Of a stretch of DNA of 64,000 nt, positions 37,555 through 52,470 are shown piece after piece; position 1 is the first letter of the stretch, and the number at the start of each line of letters is the position of its first letter. The DNA is taken from assembly GCF_026210795.1 (NCBI RefSeq), contig NC_089435.1, forward strand, positions 1,240,001 to 1,304,000, in the 5' to 3' direction. The notes below the pieces were generated by a model. The model made no database searches, was not told the DNA's origin, and saw only the letters and a list, made by a program, of their open reading frames with translations. The stretch is from Rhizophagus irregularis (taxonomy: Eukaryota). The position numbers were made by a program, and so were the translations under genes.

Positions 37555-38917
37555 ATGTCGAAACTTAACAAAGATGTGATATCCCTAATAGTAAAAGAAT
37601 TGTATGATAAAAATAATACACTTTATTCATGTCTTTTAGTTAACAGGTCTTGGTATGAAACGACTGTACCAATTTTATGGAAGGATCTTTATCGATTTCT
37701 CTTAAAAGACAAAGCACTTAACATTATAATTAATGTGATACTTTCATATTTATCAGAAGAATCAAGTGATACTAATTTGAGGAATCAAGATATTGTACTT
37801 ATAAATACATATCAACAACCTTTATTTTATTATATTAGTTATTGGAAATATTTAAATTTAGATGTATTAGAAAGAATGATAGAGGGTTTTGTAATAGATA
37901 AAACAAATATTGATCATTCCAAAATTCCTATTATAGAATCAGAAATCATAAATATATTTAATAGGAATACAAAATTTTTTTTCGGGTACAGAACTTTGTA
38001 TGGATCCTTTTGTAGTAATTCTATTAGAAGCAACGACATTTTAGCAGAAGAATTGGATATATTAAATACATCAATTAAAAGTTTGAGTTTTGATATTTTA
38101 TGTGATGGTGATAATCCTGATATCATTAAATTAATTGAAAGTCAAAAAAATTTAAAAAAAGTTAAATTATATTTGCCGATTAATAATGAAACAATTGTCA
38201 GACCAATTGAAGAGTCACTAATTAAATGTGCCGATACTATTCAATATTTGAGAATAAATTGGAGACCTGACACAAAATTATTTTCATATCTTGAAAATTT
38301 ATTAAGTTTAGAAATAATCCAGACACAAAAATTGGAATTATTTGGAAAAGATATCTTTACCTCTTTCAAAATATCTAAAAGCTCAACGCGTCCCATCTAA
38401 AAATTTTGGCAAATTTAATTGAAAATACAAAAGGGAATCTTATTGAAATAAGTATTATTTATGATCAAGATGATGGAGGAAGACTTATCCGGACAATTTA
38501 TTAAAATTGTCCAAACCTAAATTATCTTAAATTATCATTGTTTAACGAGAATATTTCAGAATTTGAAAATTTATTAATTAACTGTCGAATTTTAAATGGA
38601 TTAGAAATTATCAATAATAAAAATCAAATTAATTGGAAAATTTTATTTGAAGTATACGAGATCTGCACAAATTAGTTAAATTTGTATATTATACTTCTCA
38701 TTCTTATTTAAATATTTATTTGAAATCTTTTAGATTATTTCTTGACAATTGGAAAAATAGGCGTTCTATGTTATTACAAATCTTTTCACTAGACGTGACG
38801 CAGATGCTTTAACATCAGCCAAAATTAAATGATTTTTTACAAAAATATAAAACAAAAGGAATAATCAAAGATTATGTCACTGATGGGGATGAACCTGAAG
38901 ATTTTGAATGGATTTAA
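37555..38917 (+). pseudogene. F-box / RNI-like LRR pseudogene
   Basis: Paralogue of 54420-55895; internal deletion near 37980, frameshift near 38320, in-frame stops (e.g. ATT TAT TAA AAT at ~38500 for IYQN). Confidence 0.85.
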
Positions 38918-39149
38918 TGAAAATTCTACACGCGCACGTTTATGAAAAATCGCAATTTAATCAATTCATATGTTAGGGCTTTTATCATATTCATAAATAT
39001 TTAGTTTAGAAATATCAATTTGTCTTAAAGATAGCGATGCTAATTAATAAATAAAGTTTCATTAACAATTTTACAATCAACATAAATAAAATTAAGCAAC
39101 CTACTGGTATAGTTCCGTCTGTATTATTACCAATTACATAACGATTATT

Positions 39150-39555
39150 TTTCAACATAAGTGATTCTTTAGGCCGTTGACTTAAGAATTTTTTGATTTC
39201 TTCTGCTTCTGTTCGACTTAATGGATTTGGATCTAAGCATCTTTTAATTAAATCACAATTAATTGTACTTTGATATTAAACCTTAGTCTAAGTCCTTTAC
39301 AAATTCTTATTGTCATAACTTACATCGTGATATGGAGATAATTCAGAAATCACTTTATTCATAATTATATCAATACTATATATGTCTGATGCTTTGGTAT
39401 AATTTTGACCTCTTAACAATATATGGTAAAATACCATATATATTGTTTTTGATGCATTTATATAATCAGCAGGTTTCCCATATCAGTTAGATTTTTGAAC
39501 CTTAGTATATTACTAATATGTAAATCTTGATGAATTAATTCATTTTTATTAAGAT
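39150..39555 (-). pseudogene. Decayed kinase C-lobe fragment
   Basis: KPADYINASKTIYG..LLRGQNYTKASDIYS..SPYHDV..DLIKRCLDPNPLSR in broken frames. Confidence 0.65.
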
Positions 39556-40335
39556 CAAACAAAACATTATCATATTCTTGACTTTTTTGTTTAAATTATA
39601 AATATTTCTTTTTTTGGCTTGGTCTACAAAATTTTTTTTCGAACTTATTTTTCGGTTTTTTTTAGCCATCCTTTTCTCCTTTTTTTATTTTTTCGGTTTA
39701 TTTTTAAGACCGAAATTTTTTTTATTTTGGTCTTTTTTTTAACTGACTTTTCGATTTGGTTTTTTTTAACCCAATTTTTTTTAATTTTTTTCCTTTATAA
39801 TTTATACTATTTTTTATATAATTTTTTCATTTAATTTTATATACTGTATTTTACTATTATGGCTATATAAGTACATTAAAAGTACATTATTAATTAGTAT
39901 TCTTTTTTTTTTTTTGACTTGAATCTAAATCAATGATCGGATTGATGTTGCAGAGTTATGGTAAACACTTTTTTTTCAATCCTTGTTTTCAATAATAATT
40001 TTTTTCATATTTATTTTTTTTACTAAAATTATTTTTCATTCTTTCACCCACTATATTTGGATCAGTGATCAGAAAGATGCTGTGATGCTATAGTAAATAC
40101 CTCCGATTTTTATTTTAATAATATTTTTTTTTTCAAGTTATTTTTTTCCTTTCCATTATTTTTCGTTCTTTTACCTTTTAGGCTTGGCCAAGGTCAGTTA
40201 TGTTTAAAGTTTTAAATATTAGTTTAATTATTTTTAAATTGAATTTTTTTTAATAAAAAAAATGAATTTGTTAATTTTAAAATATTACAAATGAAGTAAA
40301 TGAAAAAATGAAACAGTATTAATTTAAAAAAACAG

Positions 40336-43300
40336 TCATAGATGGTTAATTATATCTTTCAGCTCAAGCAAGTTTTCCATTTCTTTTCTTGAAAAATATT
40401 TATCTTTAAAAGTTTTTGGAACATTTGGATAAATTTTATAAAAATTTGGTAATAAATCACCTATACATATGTTAGGAATATAAGTTATCTCTTCTTCATT
40501 ATGCCCATATCGAACATAATCCATTTGCTACATGAATAAATAATGATGAGTTACTTAAATCAATTTTCTTTTAAATAAAAAGTTCCAAGTAAAATAGAAA
40601 TATACCATATTGATAGAACCACTTATTTCAATTGAAGTTTGTACATAATATTCATTTACATTTTTTGGAAGCTGATATTCAATCCAACCACATCCCTCAA
40701 GTCTTAACACTTCTTCATATTTTAGCACATGTTCATAATGTACTAGTTCAGAATCCTTATACCGCTTAGAATTCTATAATAATCCATACATTAGTTAAAA
40801 ATAAAATTTTAATAGTGAAAAAAGAGATTTTAGCAATTAATAAAACTTACAAAGCCTTTAATTATAAATTTTATAAAGCAATCTTTATTTAGTATTTCTT
40901 TAACGTTTATTTTCCAAATAATATAATAATGACAATTAAGATATAGCATGGGCAAATTCATTTGAAGCTCTTTTTTTTTTGAACTTATTATCTTTTCTGA
41001 TAAACTAAGAAATTCAAAGTTAAAAAATTGCCACAATTTTTGAAAATCTTAAAATGCATAATAAATATAATAAATACATTATTAATTTACCTATTTATGT
41101 CATTTTCTTGAAGTTGATAAAGTTCGCTATTTAAATTTACCAGATTTGATATAAAATAAACTTGTGATACTAAATAATTTATTTATCAATAGATTAATTA
41201 TTAAACATTATAAGAAGTTAATAATAAATTAAACATTCTCTTACTTTCATACATGTGTTTACTAAATCCATTAACAATTCCAAGTTCAGAAAGATCATTA
41301 TTGTTATTAACATTTAAATATAACCAAAAATCTGTGTATTCTCGTAATAAATAAATATATGAAATATATGAAATATATAGATAATAAATATCATTTTTAT
41401 CATATAACAAGTTCAAGTCTAACATTGCTTCATGATACATTTTTAATTCTACATATACTTTGCATCTAACAAAAAGTAGTAATTCACTATCTTTAATATT
41501 AGAAATTTGGTTAATTTTTGTTAATATATTATTTAATTCTGTAGAATTATTTTTATTCAGTAAATATTCCAGATGAAATAGTAGAGTTTTTGCTTTTATA
41601 TCATTAAGATCTAATAATTCTTTACACTTTTCAAATACCATTATAGCATTATCAATATCTTTTTTTGTATAATAAATTAGACACTTGAGATAATATGCTA
41701 AATTATTTAATGGATCTAATTGTATAACTTTATCAAGATCTAATAAAACTTTATTATAATCTTGAAGAATATAATATCCAATAGCTCTCTTATTTAAATT
41801 ATGAGTATTTTCTGGATCAATAATATTTGCTTTTGTAAAATATGATATAGCTTTACTATATTGTTTCATATTACATAAAATTTCTCCATAATAACATAAA
41901 ATTAAAGAATTATCCTTGTTGATATTCAGCAGTTTATCTAACATATTTAAAGCTTCTGAATACATATGCCTCTTTTCATAGCTACATGCATTATTCTTAA
42001 AACATAAATAATTATCTGAATTATTTTTTAATGCAAAATTATAACAAACACATGCAATATAATAATCTTCACTAAATAAGAAACTATTTCCAAGTATTAT
42101 ATATAAGTTATTTATTTTAGCCTTATAATCTATTGATTTTTGTAAATTATTTATTGCTTCTTTATAGTTACATTGCCAAAAAAATATTTCTCCACAAATT
42201 AAATAAGCAATTGGTTGTTTTGGTTTTAAATTAATGGCTTCTTTCAAATAGAAGTGTGCTTGTTCATAATTTTTAAGACACCTATAAATATAACCTATAA
42301 TGCATCTTAAAGAATAACTTTTAGAAAAAAAAATTAAAAATTCTTTGCACAATGATTCAGCTTTTTCATAATGTTTTTCATTTACTTCTTTTATAATATT
42401 TTGATATGTTGGATGTTGTTTTTTTGAAAATTTTGGAAGTATTGATGATAATGATATATTTGAATTTAATTTAATAATTGAATTTATAGATTTCTTCTTT
42501 TTAGCTAATATAAGATCAGCTTCTGAATTATCTGAATCATCACTATCATATATTTGATCAGAATTTTCTAATTTAATTGGAGGTATCATAATATGACCAG
42601 ATTCAGAAAATTTAGTATATAAATTTTTAAATATAGAACTTTGTGGTAGATATCTGATGTCGTTTTCTTCAATTTTTTCTCGACATTTAGGACATATTTT
42701 TTGTTTTAATAATTTTAAATTATTTAATGATAATGTATGTTGACATTTTAAAATACATAATTGATCCTCTGGTTCACTACTAACTGGACAAGTCATTTCA
42801 TCTGCTATAATATCTATAACATTAGAATTTGATATTTGTTCTCTCTTTAAATATGAATTTTGATTTATACTTTTTCCTTTTCCTTTTCCTTTCTTTTCTT
42901 TTCCAATATTTTCACTTAAAATCTTTAAGTCTTCAACGTATTTTTCTTTAATAAATAATAACAAATTTTGAAATTTTTCTGAAAAATCTGATGATTTAAT
43001 TTCTTTTAATTTTTTTATATATTGATCAAAATCATCATCAATCATTGAAAACATTTTACTATCAATATTATGTAAATGTAATAATATTTCAACTGCTTTA
43101 AATTGAATGAAACTACTTGGAGCTTTATTAAGTGATTCAATTGCTAAATAATAACAAAGACCATGTGTAGCAGTTCGAGTAGACTTTTGAATAAGGTTTT
43201 GTGCAAGATCCAATATTCCAAACCATAAGGTATGTGGTAATGCAATAGGTTCATTTCCAGCGAGATCATTCATGAAATATCCAGTATTTTTTAAAGCTTT

Positions 43301-44389
43301 AGTAACTTTATTTGATACTTCATCAAATTTTGTTTGAGAATCTAAAATAGATTTATTAGTTACATCAATCCATTCCCTTTCCAAAAAGCTCCAAAGATAT
43401 TCCATTAATACCAATTCACAGAATTTTTTACTAATTATCATTTCAGTACCTTCAGACCAGGTAAAAAGATTATGTTGAATTATCAACATAATTCTCCAAT
43501 CAACATAATAAGATGCTACAGGATATTTAAAACTTAAACTTTCACGAACTTGATTAAGCATTGATAAGATTGAACAATCACTTGGAAGATTAGTTCCTGT
43601 TATTGTTGTTAAAATTCCTGGTGTGATATTCAATGCAGTTTTAAGCAATTTTTTAACTCTTCGTATAATTTCTTGAAACAAAGTTTCATCATCACGCAAA
43701 CTATGTAATGTGTCTCGTAAGTGGATTAATAAGAAGTCAATGTTATAATTACGCTTTTTGGTGATAATTTGGTCATCTTGATTGTTGTTTTGTTGGTTAA
43801 ATTGGTTAAAATTTGATTTAAAATTATTATCAACTCCTATTTCAAAAACTTGAGTCGTTTTACGATGAATTTCTGCAAATTTTGATAAAGAATTATAAAC
43901 TTTATCTCGAAGTTCTTTACTAAGTATTATTGGTGAAAAACACATCCGTTCTAAGACTGTTACCCAAGTTCTTAAATGTAACTCCAATCTAGTCACACTT
44001 TGTTTTGCATAAAAATCGAATGGGGTCGGATCCGCCAAGGCAACCAAAGTATCTCGGAGAATTTGAGGTGAAAATTCATTTTGTAAATTTTCAAAAAGTA
44101 ATTTTAATGCATATAAATATTTTATGTTGGTCAGTCTCTTAATAAGTTCTTCTGCCTTTTCATCGGGAGTTGTAAATCCATTCTCTTTTAATTTTAAAAG
44201 AATACTATTATTGAAGAAGTTTTCATGCGAAATCGTTTTATATGAAAAAACAGAGTCGTGAATTTCTGGAATAGTATTGCAAGAAGAACTTCCGTTCTAC
44301 ATATTTATAAAATTATTATAAACTTAATTTTTAATTAATTAAAATATTTATTTAAAATTATAATTTACCTGACTTGAACTTCCTTCCAT
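40336..44389 (-). CDS. Large protein: helical N-terminal region, RING/U-box-like domain, TPR array (multi-exon)
   Basis: Exon 1 MEGSSSQ (44389-44369); exon 2 from 44296 in frame with the 948-aa ORF; MTCPVSSEPEDQLCILKCQHTLS..ICPKCREKI; TPR-like YGEILCNMKQYSKAISYFTKANIIDPEN. 3' exons to ~40336 less certain. Confidence 0.8.
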
Positions 44390-45039
44390 ATTTTTTTTTG
44401 TTGCAAAAGAATTAAATCTCTACCGGCGTAAGATTAATATTTTCGTTTAAATGTAAGTTTGTACAACTGCAAGTTGGCGTAAATTTACATTATTTACATT
44501 GTAACAAACGTCCATTCAATATGAACTTATTTAGTAAGATTGGTGCCTCCCAAACAGTTGCACATCACTATTCAATGATATCATTACTAATATTGTGGCG
44601 TAGTATCAAAGTGTGATGGAATAAAATTTGTAAGTCCAACATACATTTCATGTATTTTATTTCATTAAAGAAAAAGTTGTGTACTGTTTTTTTTAATTAA
44701 TGTAATTAATGTGAAACATTATTAATAAAACCTCGGGATCGGCAACCCTAATTTAAATTATGTTACGTGATCATCTTAAAGACTAGAGGTTGAGGTTCAG
44801 TTACAAGTTGGTTAAAAATTATTTGGACCATAATTCTGGTCAGAGTTATATAGTGTTTTATAATGTAGCCACAATAAGTATGTTACTGCGATCATTTGTT
44901 CTTATAGATTGAAGATATTGTACCAATTTTTTTTTATTTTTGGTTAACGAAATTAATGAAAATATAACTAAATATGGATCCAAAATGCTCCAAAAAATAT
45001 TCCATTAAACCAATACGCAGAATTGTTTACTAATTATTG

Positions 45040-45865
45040 TTTCAGTATCTTCAGACCAAGTGAATAGATTATATTGTATCATCATCATAATTCTCTAATC
45101 TACTTAATAAGATAATGCTACATGATATTTAAAACCTATGTTTTTACGTATTTGAGTAAGCATCGATAAGATTGAACAATTATCATTTGACTCCTTATAT
45201 TGATAAAATTCCTGGTTCAATATTGAAACCAAGTCTCCGTCATCATCAAGCAAACTATTAACGATGTAACGTATCTCGAAAGAGATTAGTAAGAAATCAA
45301 TTGATTGTTGCTTAGTTGGTTAAATTGGCTTAAATTCGATCTAAAATTATTATCAAGTCCTATTTTGATAACTTGTGTTGTTTTACGATGAATTTCAGAA
45401 AATTTTGATAAAGCTTTATCTCGAAGTTCTATTGGCGAAAAGCATATCCATTCTAAGACTGTGCCCCAAGTTCTTAAATGTAACTTCAATCTAGTCATAC
45501 TTTGTTTTGCATAAAAATCGAATGGGTCAGATCTGCCAAGGCAACTAAAGTGTCTCGAAAAGTTTGTGGTGAAAATTCATTTTATAAATTTTCAAAAAGT
45601 AATTTTAATGCATATAAATTCTTTATTTCAGTCGGGAGTTGTAACTTGTAAATCCGCCCTCTTCTAATTTAGAAGGATATTATAATTGTTGAAGTAGTTT
45701 TCATGTGAAGCAGTTTATATGAAACAGAGTCGTTAGTTTCTGGTATAGTATTGCTAGAACTTCCATTCTACATATTTATAAAATTATTATAACCCAATTT
45801 TTAATTAATTAAAATATTTAATATTACTTAAAATTATAATTTACCTGAATTGAACTTCTTTCCAT
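45040..45865 (-). pseudogene. Truncated, frameshifted duplicate of the 5' part of the RING/U-box-TPR gene
   Basis: Same short first exon, intron and RLKLHLRTW..LSKFSEIHRKTTQV segment, with many deletions. Confidence 0.85.
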
Positions 45866-48829
45866 ATTTTTGTTGCAAAAGATAATACCGGCGTAAGATT
45901 TTCAGGAATAATATTTAACATTTAAGCGTAAGTTTGTACAACCATAAGTTGGTACATATGGGCAACGTGAAAGTTTAATAATAGGTTTTTAAGTTTTTAA
46001 TGCGTTTATGGTATAACAGACAATTTCATATTGTTATAATAAATAATCATTTATGAGGTTATAAGAAATTATAAAGGCTAAACTTGGATGATTTTATTTG
46101 TTTAAGTAGGGGTACGAATATCTGCAATTCTGCATTATCCGATGGATATATCCAGGATATCCAGGACATTTCGAAGTAATTAATTTTAGTAATTTAGAAT
46201 TACATAAAGAATCCATTTAAAATATTTTTTTTTTAATTAATAATAAAATACTTATATAAAAGATTCACGTATGACATACTAACATACAGTATAACTTCTA
46301 GTGATACTAAAGGAAATAAGTATAAATTTTGTTGTCAAATAATAAAAATTAGTAATAAAAAGTTTTTTTTATCGATTAATAGTACACTCATTTGAAATTT
46401 CAATACTAGCTTATAATAAAAGAATAATACAAATAAAATGAAATTAATGTTACTCTTTCCTTGGTTCTTCAAAAACGTGAATGGGGTGTAACTTTCAACG
46501 ATCAGTTGATTCAGTTCATATGATTGATTATTTGACGTGGGTGCAAATCAGAAATATTAAAAGATTTTTCAGTTTGCTGAAAATGTAAGGCATTTTTTTC
46601 TTATAATATACGTGTTTTTTTAATAACAGAAACCGATTTTCATTTTTTTTAATCCAAACAACCACTCAATTTTTATTTTTTTTCTTTATAAAAAACAACT
46701 GATTTTTGTTTTTTTCGTACACTAATTATCGTACGTGATAGTATTGTTTACTGATCATTTCCATAATAGCTTAAAGATTTTAAGTTTATTGGCATAATGG
46801 TGTAGTTAGCCGAAAAATAATTAGCCGCAACGTGATCCGGACCAGCTCAGGCGTAGATCGTCATGGAATTCCAGAGGATTTTCTGCGATTAAACCAGGTC
46901 CAGATGATCAGCAATCAGGAATTCAACTATGCCTGCTACTATTATTGATCAAAATACTATTACTAATAATTTTTTCTGTTATAATATGTTTTTCTAAATT
47001 TTTTATTTTTTTGTGTTTTACGCCTTCTTTTTATTATAGTATCCTTGTCTGCTTGTCAAGCGTTTCGCTATTTTTTTTTGTCTTTAAAATCCAATTTTAA
47101 TTCCTTTTTTCCTATTTCTATAACTCGTTCACATCTTATCAACCAAATATATTTCCGTACATTAATATATTGAGTTTCCCATAACTCCTGTACCATCTTT
47201 TTTTCTTCTTTAATATAACTTATTTTGTTCAGGTCATTATTATAAATGCCTCGTGTAAGTTCACGTAATTTCTTATATCTTTTCCAATCTTGATTCTAAA
47301 ACTTTAGAATCACTTTCCCATTATTTGAACATATTCTATTGTTATCTTGTTTACATAAAAATAAAAAATTATTTTGAAAAAAAATTTTTACGTATTACTC
47401 AATATATTACACAACATAAAATTTATCAATTTATCAAATAAAAAAATTTTTAGAATTTATTTCATAAAAAAAAAATTTACGTGTTAGTACAATATATTTG
47501 TTATTTATGTAAAAAAAAATCTTTTTTTTTTGGTCCGTTGCTATGTATTATCTGTATAACAAGTTACCGTATATTTTTAATTTGCAGTTCAAGAACGACA
47601 GATAGAAATAGAACAATTTATTCAGTTTAGTCAAATACGCAAGAGTTCAATATTTATAGTCCGCTTATGATAATGTCTAATAAAAATGATGTTTACACTT
47701 AAACCATTAACTTAATGGAATATATTTTTTTCTCAGCTCTTAATAAATTATTATATTTAAAAATCATGCAAATCACAGATCGATATAAAAGGATATTGAA
47801 TAATGAATAATTTCTTTCTTTTCAAAAAAAATGGGGCAACTGATAATAAAAAGAAAAGAATTTTTGCGAAAGAAAACTGTTAATTTATTTTCACTCCAAA
47901 ATTTCGTGATATGAAAATTGTACCAAAAAAAATATTGAAATTAGTGGATTTAATAATTTAATCAATGATTGATCAAAAAAAAAAAAATTGATCACGTTTA
48001 ATTAGTCACGTGTAATATAATTGATTGGATATACACATGATTAGAAATCATTCACTAACAGTGACTGCAACGTCCGTGAGAAATTTATGGTGAAATTTTG
48101 TATTACAAATTTCCTATATTCATTCATTAATCAAACGTTTCTTTGTTGGATGATTGTACCACAGTATTCAAAGGAAAATTGAAGTAGTTGTATATTTTAA
48201 CATTTCCATCATTTCTGTTTTTATCCTATAGAACATATTAGATTTTATGATTTCTTTCTTTTGCCACTCATTAATTACTTTAATAAAAACTGTCTTATAA
48301 CACCTACATTATAAGCAACTTACATATAAATAAGTCTATTAAAAAACATTTATAGACTTTATATTGATCCTTCATAGTTCATACTAATAAAATTATGCAG
48401 TGATTACTTTTGACATTTAGTGATTACAAACTACGGATTCTCCCAGTGACGTAACGTAAGAATTTGGTTTTATGATCCGATATGTGAAGAATTTAAACAA
48501 CTTAATACTAAAAAAAAGCATGCACCGTACATTATTGCATAGTAGTTAAGTTAAAATTCTAAATAATTTTTAAGAGTTGAAAAATTGGAATTTCGATACT
48601 TTATTAATTAATTCCAAGAATCTCAAAAATCCAAAATCCATACGTAATTTTAGTAAAATTGTGCAGATCCCACTTGACCTATATATTTTGTAATTAATCG
48701 ATCATGAAACATAATTACCTATACTTATTTTTTTCGGGTATATGAGTTGCGTTATTACATCATTACTAATAAGCTTAATAACTTTTTAAACTTGAATGTT
48801 GTAAAATGATACATAACTTTTCGATTATT

Positions 48830-49720
48830 CCGATATATTAGTATCAATACATTTTGAACAAATAAAAGATTTTTCATTTATTATTAATTTATCAAATATC
48901 AATTTTTATTCTTCAGTTAAATCCCAATATTTAAAATTAAAAGAACATTATAAAGAGAATGTTTTATGTAAAGAATGTAAACAATCTAATACGAATTATA
49001 ATTGGTGTCAATTATGTAATATTAAACATTTTCAACAAAATTCTAAAAAAATTGGACAAGTGGAAATTCTGACATTGATAAATTAATTCAAGAATCACAA
49101 TTTAATGCAAAAAGTCCTTATGAAAAATTAGAATGGATTGAATATGATAAATTTGAAGATATTGAATATATTGCAAAAGGAGGTTTTGGATCAATATATA
49201 AAGCAATTTGAAAAGATGGTGAAATAAGAAGATTGAGAAGATAATGAGATTATGAAACAAATCAATGGAATAGATATGGAAAAATAATTGTTGCTTTAAA
49301 ATGTTTATATAATTCAAAACTAGAATTTTTAAATGAGGTAGTAATATTATATATTAATTCACACTTGAAAGTAAATAATTCAGCTCGTATTATTAAATTT
49401 ATGGTATTACTAAAGATTCTAAATCAAATAATTTCCTGATGGTAATGGAGTATGCAGATTATGGTAATTTAAGACGAAATTAGATAAATATTTCAATTTA
49501 TAAAGCTTGAAGAATAAGCTCGATATTTTGAGTGATATTGCATATGGCCTTTATAATATTCATAAAGTGGGATTAACTAATCGAGATTTTCATAGTGGTA
49601 ACATATTAAAGGTTTACTCAGTTATGCCAATATTGCTGATTTGGGATTATGCAAACCAGCGAAGGAGAGTATTACCACATGTAGAAACCAAGGTTTTAAA
49701 AGGAAGAAAATTATAAATGA
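48830..49720 (+). pseudogene. Protein kinase pseudogene
   Basis: LCKECKQ..WTSGNSDIDKLIQ..LEWIEYDKFEDIEYIAKGGFGSIYKAI*..YGITKD..LMVMEYA..NRDFHSGNIL..ADLGLCKP with stops and frameshifts; C-lobe truncated. Confidence 0.85.
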
Positions 49721-50288
49721 CCTGATTTATATTAATACTTGTTAATAACATTATGTAAAGGATTATTTATTACTATGTTTTATTTATGTTTAATTAATGT
49801 AAATATAAATTAAATTCAACAGATTATAGATATAGATAGCGTTTTAAATGATGGTCGTCGTTCTACTATCCCCTGGCACAATTTATATGATTATGCAAAT
49901 GTAGTTATTAAATACTATTTCACTTTGGAAGCACTAAAAAAATATAAATTAACAAAAAAGTTCACGTTAATAAAGAGAATGGTGTTAAGATAAATGGAAA
50001 TTTTTAATTTATTTATATTTTTATTTTTATAATACTGTAACAATAATTATTTTTATTTACCAGCGGTTGAATTTTTCTTTCATGAACATATATTATATAT
50101 AATTGATTTCATTTTTTCCTAATAATGACTAAATATTTTTTTTTAAATTAAATTCACATTAGAATTGTATAGATTTAAAATTTTTATACAAAATATATTA
50201 TCCAATTAACTTGATATCTATGTACTGTACAGAAATCTCATAAAATAATGATGATCAAATAATAAGTGAAATTTGTATTACGTAGAAT

Positions 50289-50512
50289 AGGACCCCGAAA
50301 TATATATAGAAAGGTCAGAGGCAGCCAAAAAAATTTTACTAATAGCTGTACGCATTCTTTCAGGGCCGGAATTATGATAATTTTGGCGAGTGACCAAAAA
50401 AGGAAATATCTTTTCACCGGGAATTATCTAAAAAAGGAAAGATTTTCATGTTTTTTTTGGCTGGATGTACGCAAACCCGGATCTGACCTTTTTATGTATA
50501 TTTCGGGATCCT
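50289..50512. mobile_element. MITE with AGG..CCT termini and 8-bp TSD (copy 2, inverted relative to 5133-5345)
   Basis: TIR AGGACCCCGAAATATA / TATATTTCGGGATCCT; TSD CGTAGAAT (50281-50288, 50513-50520). Confidence 0.9.
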
Positions 50513-50704
50513 CGTAGAATATAAAAAGAAATTTCTTGACGGAATTATTTTTATCAGCTGATTTTTTAAACGCCCAAGGTTTGTCGATCGCTGCTGTGCG
50601 ACTGTAATACGTTTTAAAATGCCGTGGGTTTTTTTTTTAAAAATAAAAATCTTTTTTACTCTGTTTAAACATAAAATTAATATCACTTTTATTATTCAAA
50701 AAAT

Positions 50705-52381
50705 ATGGAAGAATTTATGCTCAGCGGCGATATAATTGAGCAAATAAAAGATTTTTACCATCGGGAATTAACGGATGAACAAAGTTTGCTAATTGATAAG
50801 CTAATATTAAATGAAGAATTAAAAAAACGTTATAAAATGAATGGTTTATGCAAAGATTGTAAGCAGCCTAAAATTACTGGTGCTTGGTGTCAATGTAAAT
50901 TTCAACAAAATTTCAAAAATTGGACTAGTGGAAATAATGAAATTGATAAGCTTATTCAAAAAGCACAACTTAAAGCTAAAAATCATAAGAAAATTTTGGA
51001 GTGGATTGAATATGATAGATTTGAAAATGTTGCATATTTGGCCAAAGGAGGATTTGGAACTATTTATAAAGCAATTTGGAAAGTATATATACAAATGGGA
51101 TTTTGAAAATAATAAATGGATAAGAAGTAAAAATTGGGTTGAGGATTACGAAAATTTTCCAGTTGTCTTAAAATGTTTACATAATTCACAAGATATTACA
51201 ATTGATTTTTTAAGAGAAGTAAGTTACTTATTTATAATTTTTTAGATATTTTCCTTTTGTGAGTACTAAGCTGACTATTATTTGTCATTATATATGAATG
51301 ATTTTTAGATTGAATTACATACTACAATTGATTCGTTTAATGTAACTTTTTGTTATGGTATTACTAAAGATCCAGAATCTAATAATTTTATGATGGTAAT
51401 GCCATATTCAAAAGATGGCAGTTTAAGACAACGTTAAAATAATAGTTTTAATTCAATGAAATGGGAAGGAAAGTTGGACTTTTTACAAATGATTACAAAT
51501 GGACTTAAGGATATTCATAGTAAAGGATTAATTCATCATGATATTCATTGTGGTAATATATTAAACCATGATGATTTTATTCGTATTACTGATTTAGGAT
51601 TATGTCGACCAGCAAATGTAAAATCATCTCAAGATGAGTATAAAAAAGTATATGGAGTATTACCTTATGTAGCGCCTGAAGTTTTAAGAGGAAAAGAATA
51701 TACTCAAGAAAGCGATATTTATGGATTTGGAATTATTGCATATGAAGTCTGTACAGGGCTTCCTCCTTATCATGATATTGCTCATGATAAAATCTTAGCA
51801 ATTAGCATTTGTAAAGGGCTTAGACCAAAATCTGATTACAAAATTCCTCAACTAATTTTGGACATAATTAAACAATGTTGGGATGCTGATCCTTTAAAAC
51901 GACCTAAAGCAGATAAATTATATAATTTATTATATGAATTACGTAATGATTTATATGGTTATAGTGAAGTCAAAAAGCAAGTTGAAGAAGCAGATAAAAT
52001 TAATGAAAAGTTTACTTCCTCTTCATTACCATATAATGGTATTACTCTTTCATATACTACGAACCCTCAAGCAGTGTACACGAGTAGACTTTTAAACTTT
52101 AAAGATCTACCAGAACCAAAAAATGCTGTTGATGACAAAGATGATGATAATTCATTTGAATATTCAGGTAATTAATGTCTTTGTTTATTTTTATAAAATT
52201 CTTAAAATTCTTGAAACTATTAATGTAAAATTATCTTTATCCTATAGAATCCATAGAAGCAATAGATTTCACTAAACTCAACCTAGGTACTCATTTATAT
52301 TAATTTGTTTCCTACATGTATAATTTACTAATAATATTAACAATTTGTTTAATAATTCATTTTATAGATAAAAACAGCTAA
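50705..52381 (+). pseudogene. Tyrosine-kinase-like protein kinase gene with frameshift and premature stop
   Basis: AKGGFGTIYKAIWK then frame break ~51072; VVLKCL; TAA at 51435-51437 (SLRQR*N); HHDIHCGN, TDLGL, YVAPE, SDIYGFG, CWDADPLKRP; short 3' exons. Confidence 0.85.
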
Positions 52382-52470
52382 AGAAAAGAAAAGGAATATA
52401 AATTTCTTTATTAATATCTATTTTTTACTATTTATTTTCTTTATTACAGTATATGTATTTTATTGGAATA

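Noticed and set aside
41201..44047. Fungal NLR interpretation of the TPR protein
   Set aside because: No P-loop/NACHT/NB-ARC motif; GKEKKGKGKGKS is low-complexity without a preceding hydrophobic strand.
44733..46175. Isolated hAT-like ends (GATCGGCAACCCTA ~44750; TAGGGGTACGAAT ~46106)
   Set aside because: No partner TIR or TSD identified.
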